DNA of 64,000 bases from IMG/VR virus record IMGVR_UViG_3300036944_001289, positions 1 to 64,000 of that record; one strand, 5' to 3'. Below are positions 9,784-19,621 of the stretch, piece after piece. Both the position numbers and the translations under genes were made by a program. Position 1 is the stretch's first letter; each line of letters starts with the position of its first letter. A model generated the notes under the pieces. It had not been told where the DNA came from. It saw nothing but the letters and a program-made list of their open reading frames with translations, and did not search any database.

Positions 9784-10182
9784 TTAGCTTCCTATTACAA
9801 ATTCATAATATTGTAATCCAAATTTATCTTTTCTAACGTTAATATTCTCTAGAAAGATACCACAACCATCGCCTTGCTTCATAATATTATCTAACTCTAT
9901 TATAATATCTTTCCAAGTAGGGTTTTCTAAAGTAAAGTATATAGGCCGCTCAGATATTCTCCAGTAATCAACACAAAATCTACATTCACCTTTGAATACA
10001 GGTTGACTTGAAGTAATATCTGGATATATAATTATCCATTCTTGACCCGCGCCATCACCGTATGATACTGTATCAAAGATACTAAATTGAATGTTTTTAC
10101 ATCCAAAAGACTTTACAGTATCATTCAATGTTTTATAGTTACCAGTTACTACTGGAGTATTAAATCGATCGAGGTTATTCAA
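9784..10182 (-). CDS. hypothetical protein
   Basis: Coupled ORF. Confidence 0.55.
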   Translation of the reverse strand: MNNLDRFNTPVVTGNYKTLNDTVKSFGCKNIQFSIFDTVSYGDGAGQEWIIIYPDITSSQPVFKGECRFCVDYWRISERPIYFTLENPTWKDIIIELDNIMKQGDGCGIFLENINVRKDKFGLQYYEFVIGS

Positions 10183-10381
10183 GGTATTGTCCTTTAGTTG
10201 CTATGTCAATAACAAGGCAGATAATAAGTAGTACCCATGCAACAGGGCCGCATGCGATAAATACAGCTAAAAACTGTAAAGTGTTTGTAGGGAATGGTTT
10301 TGTATTAGACAGATGCTTTAGTATACAAACTCCAACTATACTCCATATAAGAAGAAATAAAATAGATAGAAATATTAACAT
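10175..10381 (-). CDS. Small two-TM membrane protein
   Basis: Two hydrophobic segments; promoter motif upstream. Confidence 0.55.
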   Translation of the reverse strand: MLIFLSILFLLIWSIVGVCILKHLSNTKPFPTNTLQFLAVFIACGPVAWVLLIICLVIDIATKGQYLE

Positions 10382-10402
10382 ACAGAATGATATTTTAGTT
10401 CC

Positions 10403-10438
10403 AAAAAAAAAGGCTCAGACCTTTTATGATCTGAGCCT
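10403..10438 (-). terminator. Intrinsic terminator after NAMPT-like gene
   Basis: aggctcaga...tctgagcct hairpin followed by a U9 tract on the minus strand. Confidence 0.8.
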
Positions 10439-10444
10439 ATATAA

Positions 10445-12031
10445 TCAGAGAGCTTTATTAATGCTCTCATTTACTCGCGCTCGAATATCGGCTAGAGTAT
10501 AATCAATCAACAGCTTACCATCTCGGAAGACCTCTTTAAGATCGCAGTTATCAGCAACGACCTTGGTAACTTCGTCGTGGAGGACATAATCACCTTTGTC
10601 GTTCTTAAACACTGCAAGATAACCCTTAGCAGACTTCTTCATACCACCATCAGTCTTAGGATCCTTAAAGATCGCACGCTCTTCACCATTTACGGTTACC
10701 GATGTTGCCTTCATTGCAAATCCAAGAGTATCACGAGTACAATACTGATAGGTATAAGAACCAACACCGAGAACGACGTTAGTACTTGCGAACCCTTTCT
10801 TCATCAACCCTTCCATGATTTGATAGGCGCGCTCGAGTGTAATCGAGTCACCATAAATCAAACCAATGTGAGAGTCAAGAACTTTGAATCCTTTCTCAGT
10901 TACAGTACCACCGAACGTGTCCCAAAGGCACTGGATAGCTCCTTTGAATTCAGCTTCGGTGATCTCTTTTCCTGGTATCGCTTTAATCAGTGATGTGTTA
11001 TCGTCAAGGAAAATCTTACTGTCCTTTCGAATGACTTCGTCTTCATTGTAACCACAGATGATTCGAATAGGATCGCCAGAGTCAGGTCGGATTACAACCT
11101 TATCTCCAACAGGTCCACCTTTACGAGCGAGAATCTCGTTCTTAAGAGCAGGTAAGAATACTGTGATAACCTGCCAGAAGTCCCAAGTGTCGGATACAAT
11201 TGAGACAATACCTTGTGGATATAACTCAGTAATAAGACGTTTAAAGGTATAGAGTTCATCACCTTGACCACCAGCACACATTACAGAGTGTTCAGTCGCA
11301 GGTACCGAACAACCGACTAGCTCCTTATCAGAGTTAGCATTATAGTAATCTTCGAGTAGATCGATCGCAGGGATCGTATCGGTACCGAGATTACCAGCTG
11401 CAAGGTGAGCAGCACCAGACATTACCGCGTCCTGAGGGCTAGACATACCACGGAAGCTAAAATCGTGAGCTTGGAAGTCAACGAAATTAACATCAGCACC
11501 GGTAAGCTTTGCATATCTCTTAAGAAGAATACGATACTTACGAGCGGTTGTAGCACTGGTACAAGGCTTCCAAATCATATTACTCAAGATAGTCTCGAGA
11601 TAATTAGTAAGCCAAAAAGCACCTGAGGTGGTATTTTCGATAACAAACACCGGAATCTTCTCATCAACTACAGCACCCTCAGGTAGGGCACTAATAGAGA
11701 TTGGAAGATAACCGATGTCGTGTAACTGTTCGATATGATCAATAGGTACAGCTCCAGTACCTAGGTAGTTATCAAGACGGCGCTTATACTTCTTTATAAC
11801 CTTTTCTTTAGGCTGATTGAAGAACTCCTGATTAAAGGTATCAATAAGCAACCACTTTAGAAGATATTGAAGGCCAAAGAATACTACTTTATTATCAACT
11901 CCTTTTACTTTTGCAGCGTGTCTAGTAGAACGCGGGGTAAAGTTAGAGTAAACCAACTCAGTACCTACTGGATATTGACGACGATGGTCGGCTTTATAGC
12001 CATCGATTAGATTTAGCGGATTAGTTTTCAT
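10445..12031 (-). CDS. nadV: Nicotinamide phosphoribosyltransferase-like protein (NadV/Namat)
   Basis: DGYKADH, YSNFTPRS, HDFSFRG, SVPATEHSVM, SIVSDTWD, IRPDSGDP, GLIYGDSIT, KDPKTD..KKSAKG. Confidence 0.93.
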   Translation of the reverse strand: MKTNPLNLIDGYKADHRRQYPVGTELVYSNFTPRSTRHAAKVKGVDNKVVFFGLQYLLKWLLIDTFNQEFFNQPKEKVIKKYKRRLDNYLGTGAVPIDHIEQLHDIGYLPISISALPEGAVVDEKIPVFVIENTTSGAFWLTNYLETILSNMIWKPCTSATTARKYRILLKRYAKLTGADVNFVDFQAHDFSFRGMSSPQDAVMSGAAHLAAGNLGTDTIPAIDLLEDYYNANSDKELVGCSVPATEHSVMCAGGQGDELYTFKRLITELYPQGIVSIVSDTWDFWQVITVFLPALKNEILARKGGPVGDKVVIRPDSGDPIRIICGYNEDEVIRKDSKIFLDDNTSLIKAIPGKEITEAEFKGAIQCLWDTFGGTVTEKGFKVLDSHIGLIYGDSITLERAYQIMEGLMKKGFASTNVVLGVGSYTYQYCTRDTLGFAMKATSVTVNGEERAIFKDPKTDGGMKKSAKGYLAVFKNDKGDYVLHDEVTKVVADNCDLKEVFRDGKLLIDYTLADIRARVNESINKAL

Positions 12032-12154
12032 ATGTTTGTGTTGAGTCTCGATGCTTTTACAGAATCAAATCACTTGAATGATTCATATATACGCATCGAT
12101 CTAACAAAATTATTTTATTAAAGTTCATTTGGAATCAACTACCCAAGCGTGACT

Positions 12155-13207
12155 TTATAGATGTCTATAGAAGTCAATCTGATTGCCGTTATCACGCGTC
12201 ATGGTAAACGTCATATCATCTAGTTTATATATAAAAATACCTTTTTCGGTATCAACATTGATAATATTATCTTCACCAACTTCAACACGGCGGTCAGGTT
12301 TTTTGTCAGCTTTACTATAAACTGTAAAATGGTGGGTCTTACCAAGCGGTAGACCTTCGATAATATTCGGATAAATTGCGTTTTTATCTTGAATTTTACC
12401 TTTAACAGCAAACGTAATACTAAAGTTAGCTTCACTATCACTACCAGGTTTAGCATTGAGCATCTCAAGAGCTTTGATAGGGTCTTCTTTATATCGATTC
12501 ATCTCTTCGACAAGTGCTTTAAGAATATCGAAGTTGAATGAATCAAACAACCCAGAGATACGACAGATAAGCTGAATGTGTTTCTTCTCATTAAGCATCG
12601 CATTACAATACTCGACGATGAAGTTTTGATCAAGTCCACGATAATCGAGCATATAATACAAACGACCAGGGCGATTGCGCATATGCTGGTTAATACGCCA
12701 TTTATCATTACAAGTAATTACAAAAAGCTTCTTCGTAGGGTATACCCCATCAAGAAGCGTCAATACTTGCTCTTGTTTTTCGTCATCGTATATCTTCTCA
12801 AACTCATCAAACATTACAACTGCAGGTTCATCAATATTCTGAATAAGCTGATTAAACTCATCACCGCACCAATCGTTATTAATGATTATGGTAGGATAAC
12901 CAAGTTTAGCACACTCAATCGAAAGACTCTTAGCAAGAAGAGTTTTACCACTGCCTTTTTCTCCAGCGAGTAAAACTCCTGTGCTGCATTCGCGGTCAAG
13001 AAACGTATTGATAATACGTTTAGAACGATCAGGAGTATTGCCAAAAATGTGGCTTGGCATTTTAAATCGATCAACTATTTCAAGGTAAAGCCCGGTCTGA
13101 GGGTGTTCCTTTACGGCATAGTTTCCGACAGGAAGTTTCTTTTCAATCGAAAGAGCAGCTTCGTTTTTGACTGAAACACTGGAACCGGTGATAATATAAT
13201 GGCTCAT
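12155..13207 (-). CDS. AAA+ ATPase
   Basis: GEKGSGKT, MFDEFEK, NRPGR. Confidence 0.88.
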   Translation of the reverse strand: MSHYIITGSSVSVKNEAALSIEKKLPVGNYAVKEHPQTGLYLEIVDRFKMPSHIFGNTPDRSKRIINTFLDRECSTGVLLAGEKGSGKTLLAKSLSIECAKLGYPTIIINNDWCGDEFNQLIQNIDEPAVVMFDEFEKIYDDEKQEQVLTLLDGVYPTKKLFVITCNDKWRINQHMRNRPGRLYYMLDYRGLDQNFIVEYCNAMLNEKKHIQLICRISGLFDSFNFDILKALVEEMNRYKEDPIKALEMLNAKPGSDSEANFSITFAVKGKIQDKNAIYPNIIEGLPLGKTHHFTVYSKADKKPDRRVEVGEDNIINVDTEKGIFIYKLDDMTFTMTRDNGNQIDFYRHL

Positions 13208-13214
13208 AATTGTA

Positions 13215-14102
13215 TTATAATTTTAATTTATTTCCTGGTAGTACATCTTTGGATGCAATAACAGCATCTAACATTTCATTAAGATCGTAGAATATCTTCG
13301 CATCTGGGTTTCTGAGTTTGGTTTGAATTTCTACATCACGTTTACGTTTAAATTCTGGGTGTATGCCAATAAAGTGTGCTTTATATCCAAACAATCCAAG
13401 TCCATATAAAGAAATCGGTGCTAGTGTTTCATTACTAAACCAGAATATTACTTGCTTGGCTGCAACTAAATGTTCGAACTCCCATTTAATTTGTTCTTCT
13501 TCCATCGTGCTATCAAGTACGTTAAAGTCATATCGACGAGGATTAAATACATCGAAATGAGGAGTAAGTTTATCAGCAGCAATTTGTTGCCAATCGACTG
13601 CATTAGATATAGAACCAGCTAAGAAAATAGAATCGAGATCAGAGAGATGACCATTATAGATATCTGTAGGTTTAAGATAAACCTTTTCGCGTCTCTCTTT
13701 TTCGATTCGAGTAACAACCTGCTCTAGTATATAATAGCTAGAGCGAAGACCGGCACGGTCACAAAGGAAGATGTTATAATATATCTTACCTTCGTTTCCA
13801 TATGGGAGAGCGATAGGATTCTTATTGATAGAGTCTATCTCGATACCCTTTTCAGCACAATAAACTCTGATCGATGTATGTCTCTCTACTTTACTAGCAG
13901 TAAATATCACTACGTAAAATCCAAGAGCTTTGCATCTCTTCATGAGATCAATTACAAACTCATGTGTCGTGCCTTTACCGTGCCAATCATATAAGGTATC
14001 ATCATAATCAACTGCTATGATGAGTCTATTATGCTTTTGATATTCTTTGTATAGACGTTCTATACAAAGTTCATTAGAAAGATATGGGTCGCTTTTGGTC
14101 AT
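13215..14102 (-). CDS. HAD-like domain fused to nucleoside 2-deoxyribosyltransferase-like (NDT/TIR-fold) domain
   Basis: N-term IAVDYDDTL...IFTAS...CDRAG; C-term IFLAGSI..DWQ..FNPRR..EQIKWE. Confidence 0.75.
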   Translation of the reverse strand: MTKSDPYLSNELCIERLYKEYQKHNRLIIAVDYDDTLYDWHGKGTTHEFVIDLMKRCKALGFYVVIFTASKVERHTSIRVYCAEKGIEIDSINKNPIALPYGNEGKIYYNIFLCDRAGLRSSYYILEQVVTRIEKERREKVYLKPTDIYNGHLSDLDSIFLAGSISNAVDWQQIAADKLTPHFDVFNPRRYDFNVLDSTMEEEQIKWEFEHLVAAKQVIFWFSNETLAPISLYGLGLFGYKAHFIGIHPEFKRKRDVEIQTKLRNPDAKIFYDLNEMLDAVIASKDVLPGNKLKL

Positions 14103-14166
14103 AAATTTTGTGTAATTTTACGTCTAACATCTATATCAAAGAATATAAATTTATCAGTTATTTTCA

Positions 14167-15033
14167 TTAAAATGTAAGATTATGGATATATAACTTATTT
14201 TTATTCTTCTCTTCGATATTTAAATCGGTACTGTAGCTATTAGTTGTATAAATCTCATCTATACCATTTGCAAATAGAGTATCAACACCTTGACTAAAAA
14301 TACCATGAGTAACGTATAGAATCACATTACCTGCATTCTTTTTCTTAAGAGATTTAGCGAGTTCGATAAAGGTGCGACCACCATCGCAAATATCATCTGC
14401 AATTACTATATCAGCACCATTAAGATCATCCGCAAATATAGAGGTTTCAATAATTTTACCTGTTGCAAGGTCACGAAGTTTATCAGCACGAATAAATCGA
14501 ATATGGTCAAAATACTTAGCAACATTTGCAGTCTTTTTATTTGCACCTGCATCTGGACTTACAAATAGTACACCCTGTAATACACGTTTACAAAACGCTG
14601 TAAAATCATTAATTATTTGTACCTGGTCGATAATTTTAACTCGATCGATTAATGCACCAGTAACATCGCTATGAGGATCACATACGATTACACGATCAAA
14701 ATTCAAATTATTAATAAATTTAGCAAATACCTTTAGGCTATGTGGTTCACCTTTACAGCATGTACGATCTTGTCGGGCATATGGTACATAAGGTATAATA
14801 AGCTCAATACTCGATTTATCACCATAAGTTATCTGTTCATTCTCGATAGCATCCTTAATGAGAGCAAGGGCAAATAAGTCATCGCTATTACGAATACGCG
14901 CTTCAATACGAATTGTATCTTGCGTATTAAAAAACCCAAAGTTTGGTTGAGTTTGTATAAGAACCTCACCACCTGGGAAGGTAGCTTGCTTAATCACAAG
15001 TTCATGTGTTCCTTTATATGTTCGAAAGTTCAT
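14167..15033 (-). CDS. prs: Ribose-phosphate pyrophosphokinase-like protein (PRS/Adps)
   Basis: FPGGE, PYVPYARQDR, DPHS, SPDAGA, DDICDGGRTF, YVTHGIFS. Confidence 0.92.
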   Translation of the reverse strand: MNFRTYKGTHELVIKQATFPGGEVLIQTQPNFGFFNTQDTIRIEARIRNSDDLFALALIKDAIENEQITYGDKSSIELIIPYVPYARQDRTCCKGEPHSLKVFAKFINNLNFDRVIVCDPHSDVTGALIDRVKIIDQVQIINDFTAFCKRVLQGVLFVSPDAGANKKTANVAKYFDHIRFIRADKLRDLATGKIIETSIFADDLNGADIVIADDICDGGRTFIELAKSLKKKNAGNVILYVTHGIFSQGVDTLFANGIDEIYTTNSYSTDLNIEEKNKNKLYIHNLTF

Positions 15034-15097
15034 GTAAGATATTGTAATATTGTTCCCTTGGATTAGTTAAAACTAACACAGAGTAAGCTGAATTATA

Positions 15098-15138
15098 AAA
15101 AAAGGTGGCAGGGCCCGCTACCTCGCGAATGCCCTGCC
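15098..15138 (-). terminator. Intrinsic terminator ending the ncRNA downstream of 15452-16192
   Basis: GGCAGGGC...GCCCTGCC stem followed by a T7 tract on the minus strand. Confidence 0.75.
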
Positions 15139-15450
15139 TGTTGTCATATTTTCATAATATGTGACAAAGAGCGTTTTTTAGCTCTGTTCTTTAAAATGCT
15201 TTGTGTTTTTAGCTTAATACCAGCACTCTACCACTAAGTTACCTGACCATATATACTAACCGGAAATTGGGGGTCAGGAGCTGATTTGAACAGCCGCATC
15301 TGGTTTAAATAGACACTATCTTTTAAAGAACCTTCTTAGTCGGGTTTTGAGCCTCGAGTGAATAGCCTTAGTTTGAACTTGAGCATGACCGGTTTAGACC
15401 CGGATTTCACTTTGAGCCTGGATACTCCCGAAGGAGCCACCCGAAATTGT
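15098..15450 (-). ncRNA. Putative ~350-nt structured RNA with a circularly permuted tRNA-like core (15219-15304)
   Basis: T-arm GGCTG-TTCAAAT-CAGCT, acceptor CCTGACC/GGTCAGG closed by a linker, D-arm ACTT-AGTGGTA-GAGT, closing stems ACCAG/CTGGT and GTTCTTTAAAA/TTTTAAAGAAC. Confidence 0.75.
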
Positions 15451-15451
15451 T

Positions 15452-16192
15452 TTAGTTGAAGATATAGCTAATCAACTTAGCACCGATCTTCTTATTCTTA
15501 TCGACCTCGGTATCGTTAGCACGAGAACGGGCCTGCTTAACTGCACGAGTCAAAGTATCAACTCGACTAAGATACTCAGACTTTTGCGCAGGAGTAATAA
15601 GACCAGACCACTCTTGCTCTTGAATATTACCGATAACCTTGTCTTCATCAACAAGCTGAGTCTGGGCAGGGTGCTTGTCGGTCGCAGGATATAGAACGAT
15701 TACTGACTTTTCCTTCTTCGTACGAGTCTTATTAATTGTACGGGCTTGATAGATACCACCACCACGAGCAGCATCATGTGTAAATCCTTTAGCAGGGTCG
15801 AGAGTAGGAATAGAAAGGATTAAAGAATTAATCTCAATTAGACGCTTCTCAAGTTCAAGAAGAGCGGTAGCAGGTACATCCTTAGCAATTACAGTGCCAT
15901 CTTCAAGAGTAATATCACCGCGAGCTGCAGTATTAGTTTCAGCAACCTGATACGAAGCATCGAGAGCCTTGGTAATAAACCCAGCAATAAGCTTCAATTC
16001 CTTATCAACAGTGGTCTGAATATCAAGCTGAGACTCGACCGTTGACTGACCTTCACCGGAAGGTGTAAATACAATCTTCTTCTCTTCGAAGAGATGACGC
16101 TTCTTTTCAAAGGTCGTGGCGAGTTCGTTACGTACCTTGTTTGTCTGATTTTCGAGAGAATTCTCGACTGCGAGTAGTTCGTGTAGCTTCAT
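15452..16192 (-). CDS. Conserved coiled-coil protein of unknown function (MKLHELLAVE...VPATALLELEK...ATDKHPAQ)
   Basis: 246 aa, high-expression-like codon usage, own promoter motif, followed by structured RNA. Confidence 0.8.
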   Translation of the reverse strand: MKLHELLAVENSLENQTNKVRNELATTFEKKRHLFEEKKIVFTPSGEGQSTVESQLDIQTTVDKELKLIAGFITKALDASYQVAETNTAARGDITLEDGTVIAKDVPATALLELEKRLIEINSLILSIPTLDPAKGFTHDAARGGGIYQARTINKTRTKKEKSVIVLYPATDKHPAQTQLVDEDKVIGNIQEQEWSGLITPAQKSEYLSRVDTLTRAVKQARSRANDTEVDKNKKIGAKLISYIFN

Positions 16193-16252
16193 AATGATAA
16201 TAATTTGTTACATTTTAATTTTATTAAAGTTCCTTAGATTTAATTGTATATC

Positions 16253-16615
16253 TTATGATAAGTTTGCATAGCTCTCAAATTTTAAACTCATTAAACCTTC
16301 TTCTTCTATCATTTTAGTAACGTACTCAATCATGCTGTGGTTAAGAAAATCGTTTAGAATAGCTGCTACTTTCTTATTAAGTTTACCGTTTGTTCTGAGT
16401 GGTATTGCTGCAATTTGTGATTTAAGGTAATAAAGATCTGCTGTTGGCAAACCAATCTTAACAACCTCTTTAAAAACAGGCATAAACTCTTCGAGATGTT
16501 TCTTTTTAGCACCATCTGGTGTTTTGCTACCACAAATCATAAATTGAAATTTAACGCCTTCACCTGTAGCGGCCCACTGATGAAATGTAAAATAGAGTTT
16601 GTAATTATTTGGCAT
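16253..16615 (-). CDS. hypothetical protein
   Basis: Likely start MPNNYK after the pth2 stop. Confidence 0.55.
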   Translation of the reverse strand: MPNNYKLYFTFHQWAATGEGVKFQFMICGSKTPDGAKKKHLEEFMPVFKEVVKIGLPTADLYYLKSQIAAIPLRTNGKLNKKVAAILNDFLNHSMIEYVTKMIEEEGLMSLKFESYANLS

Positions 16616-16616
16616 T

Positions 16617-17021
16617 TTAATATAATGGTAATGTTCCAGTAATCTTATCAATTTCTTCAGGCCACCAAGGCCCAATTGCTAATGCAGTTTTAGTTTTAAC
16701 TCCATTAAATTCTGTAATACCGTTATCCTCAATTAGACAGCAAGGTATTTTAGCTTCTTTAGCTTTAATTTCAAGATCAATAAGTTCTTGCTCGGTTTGA
16801 ACTGTTACAACTACTTTTGCAAATGAACCTTCTAACCAGGCTCTCATCGCTCTATCTATATCACAAATCATGTAGTGACAAGATGTGTTAAAAGGATCTT
16901 CCTGAAAATTAGCTCGTTTGGTAAAAACACCCATAGAAGCATGTGCACCCTGAGATATTTCTTTACCTCTACGCATTTTGAGGTCTTTTCTAATGATAAT
17001 TACTTGTTTGGTTTTACTCAT
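16617..17021 (-). CDS. pth2: Peptidyl-tRNA hydrolase, Pth2 family
   Basis: KQVIIIRKDLKMRRGK..QGAHA, KVVV, DNGITE, TALAIGP, IDKITGTLPL. Confidence 0.9.
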   Translation of the reverse strand: MSKTKQVIIIRKDLKMRRGKEISQGAHASMGVFTKRANFQEDPFNTSCHYMICDIDRAMRAWLEGSFAKVVVTVQTEQELIDLEIKAKEAKIPCCLIEDNGITEFNGVKTKTALAIGPWWPEEIDKITGTLPLY

Positions 17022-17196
17022 ACTACCTTTAATAATGTCCAGGGCTCACCATGCGTAGATCGATCAAATAGATAATTTTTACCATTAAAGTAAGCTTTTA
17101 CTTTAGTAATAGGTCGATCTGGTGTGGATGGAGGTGCAAAATATCTATGTGGTACCGTTTCACCGACATTAATAGAAGCATGTAGAGGTGTATTCA

Positions 17197-17397
17197 TTAT
17201 ACAAAAAAGAAGCTAAACGACTCTTTGATTATAGTAATATTCACATCTTGACAAATAAGCCACTTAGCCCAAGCAATTGGACTGAGGAGAAAGTCCATAC
17301 ACGCCCAAAATAATGGAAATGATGAGTTTAGATGCACATTGACATTATATCCAATAATACCTGTCAATACACAAAATATAAAGTATATAGATTTCAT
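17197..17397 (-). CDS. Small membrane protein
   Basis: Hydrophobic 66-aa ORF. Confidence 0.5.
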   Translation of the reverse strand: MKSIYFIFCVLTGIIGYNVNVHLNSSFPLFWACMDFLLSPIAWAKWLICQDVNITIIKESFSFFFV

Positions 17398-17617
17398 AAA
17401 AAAATTTAAATTTGTTCCTTATTTGATTTCAAATATAATCCGTACATCCGAAATAGTCATGTAAATAGTATCATCACCAGACTCTTCGGTAAGAATACAC
17501 ATAAGGGTTAATGTTTTAGCCAACTTATGTGTATTAGAATGATAGAATTTAGGTTTAGATTGTAATATCTCTTTACATCTTTTGTTTACTTTAGTTGTAC
17601 TTATTCTAATAAATGAT

Positions 17618-17980
17618 TCAGCAGCCATCATATTTTGAAATTTCGTCTTTAGTTTCTTCTCTTAACTGTTTTAACCAACTCTTCTTTTCCTCTTCAGTCA
17701 TGCTAATAAATTTAAGAATAGCTAAAGAATGCACACCATATGGGTTATACCTATTGATCGAGATATTCCATAGTCTAATAAATTCAGCTAACCTATCACT
17801 ATGTTGTGCAAGATCAGCAAAAGGAAACACCGAAGACAACTCACCTATCTTCATTATACATTGCTGAGAGTGCACTCCAGGTTTAGTTTGAACAACCCAA
17901 ACACCATCAGATAGAAACCGAGGTGTTTCATGCCTTTTATGATATTTACCTTTTTCGTCTTTGTAGTAAAATTCGCTCAT
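17618..17980 (-). CDS. hypothetical protein
   Basis: ORF in operon. Confidence 0.55.
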   Translation of the reverse strand: MSEFYYKDEKGKYHKRHETPRFLSDGVWVVQTKPGVHSQQCIMKIGELSSVFPFADLAQHSDRLAEFIRLWNISINRYNPYGVHSLAILKFISMTEEEKKSWLKQLREETKDEISKYDGC

Positions 17981-17994
17981 ATGTTTATATAAAA

Positions 17995-19050
17995 TTAAAC
18001 ACCGAATCCAATCTTACGAACTTGCTTCTCTTTGTATCCAGTATCATCACCGAGATTATACACTTCAGCAAGAGTCATTTCTTTATCAAAGACTACATCT
18101 CTACCAAGCGACTTTGCAAGTTTAGTTGCAGTAGCAGCATCGAGTTTACCAAAAGTATGGTCGATTGCAAGACGTCCTGGGCGAAGAAGTGCTTTATCAA
18201 CCTTATCTTTATCACCGTTATACGTAGCAACAATTTTAATATTGAGCATCGATCCAAGAATACCATCAGAGATATTAAGCAAAGTAGATACAGTGCTTAC
18301 ATTATGATCATCTTGTTCACGACTCTGCACAACCTTCTCTGAATCTTCAAGAATAAGTACCGAATCTTTATGTTCGAGTAGAAGAGACATAAAGTCTGGA
18401 GAGCTCAATTCACCTGCAAATGCTACTGGAATAAAAATAAACTCTTTATCAACAGCATTGGTCAGATACTTGATATATGAGCTTTTACCGCATCCTGGAG
18501 GTCCATGGAAGAACATAATAGAAGACTGCGGCTTATTAAGCTTTGAGACTACATTCTCATGAATCTTATTAAAGTTAGGACCATAGTTGATATTAATATC
18601 TTCTACTTTAATCGGATCAACTTTGATAGAGCGTGCTTCGAGTCCATACGCACCTTTAATTAGAATCGAAACTCTAGATGAGTTATCAGTAATCTTAAAC
18701 TTATCAAATTCGGTTATATCTGGTATAACATCTGTTGCGAAAAATAAGTTTATAGTAATTTCATCATTTGCACCTACGTAGATGATATAGTTTTTATAGT
18801 GAAAGTAGTATGAGTTATCTCTTCCATCTTGTTCATATACACGATATCTAATAAGCTTAGCTCGCTCACAAAGATAATCTAATAGTTTAACCTTATACTT
18901 TGTATCTGGCTTATAAGAACTTGCAAACTTATTTGTTAAACTAGAAATTAAGAATAAAGCAGGAAACTCATGACTGTCAATTTTAGCGGCATCGATAGGT
19001 AACAGAGTAGGGAAGTCTGTAAAAACTTCAGGTTGTTCGTTGAAGATCAT
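17995..19050 (-). CDS. AAA+ ATPase
   Basis: GPPGCGKS, ILEDSE, LLNISDG, DKALLRPGR. Confidence 0.9.
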   Translation of the reverse strand: MIFNEQPEVFTDFPTLLPIDAAKIDSHEFPALFLISSLTNKFASSYKPDTKYKVKLLDYLCERAKLIRYRVYEQDGRDNSYYFHYKNYIIYVGANDEITINLFFATDVIPDITEFDKFKITDNSSRVSILIKGAYGLEARSIKVDPIKVEDININYGPNFNKIHENVVSKLNKPQSSIMFFHGPPGCGKSSYIKYLTNAVDKEFIFIPVAFAGELSSPDFMSLLLEHKDSVLILEDSEKVVQSREQDDHNVSTVSTLLNISDGILGSMLNIKIVATYNGDKDKVDKALLRPGRLAIDHTFGKLDAATATKLAKSLGRDVVFDKEMTLAEVYNLGDDTGYKEKQVRKIGFGV

Positions 19051-19084
19051 GTGTATATGTTAATTAAGTTCCGTTGAGTACTTT

Positions 19085-19621
19085 TTAGTTCAAGTACCAT
19101 TCAGGCGTTGTAGTATTTGTCCAGGTAGCAAATTCTTTATCGTGTTTAATGTATAGGCGATATCTTTGCTGAGTATTAGAATCTTTAAAGGTAGGTAATG
19201 ATGTGCATTTAGAATTTTTAGTAAATGCTTCAGCGAAAGGAGTCAACCCTTTGTCAGATAATTTTGTTGATGTATTATTACATAAGCACCAATCTATAAA
19301 ATCTTCTGTAAAGTGCTTTTTACTATTGGGAAATCTATTACGCCTCTCATCACACATAGCTTTTGCATGTAAGCAAAGCCATACATAATTTGTTACCGAC
19401 TCTCTAACCCATTTAGAACATGGATGGTTATAATATCCTCCTCCACTTTTTCTTACACTACCTGCAAGAGTTCTTGGGCATGAAGAGGATGCAAGCGTTT
19501 CATTAGAAAAACAATGCTGTAACATTATAGCAGATTCAATAATCATTTTTGATTTGATATACTGATCTGGTAATTCGTATGCTGACTTAGCAGCCTCTTC
19601 GTGTATACAAAAGATGTTCAT
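19085..19621 (-). CDS. Pyrimidine-dimer DNA glycosylase-like protein
   Basis: MNIF...KMIIESA.ML...NHPCSKWVRES..NY.WL...TPFA...YR.Y motif set. Confidence 0.75.
   Translation of the reverse strand: MNIFCIHEEAAKSAYELPDQYIKSKMIIESAIMLQHCFSNETLASSSCPRTLAGSVRKSGGGYYNHPCSKWVRESVTNYVWLCLHAKAMCDERRNRFPNSKKHFTEDFIDWCLCNNTSTKLSDKGLTPFAEAFTKNSKCTSLPTFKDSNTQQRYRLYIKHDKEFATWTNTTTPEWYLN

Noticed and set aside
15219-15304. Ordinary or intron-containing tRNA gene
   Set aside because: Halves are in reversed order and there is no anticodon loop; treated as a permuted mimic instead.
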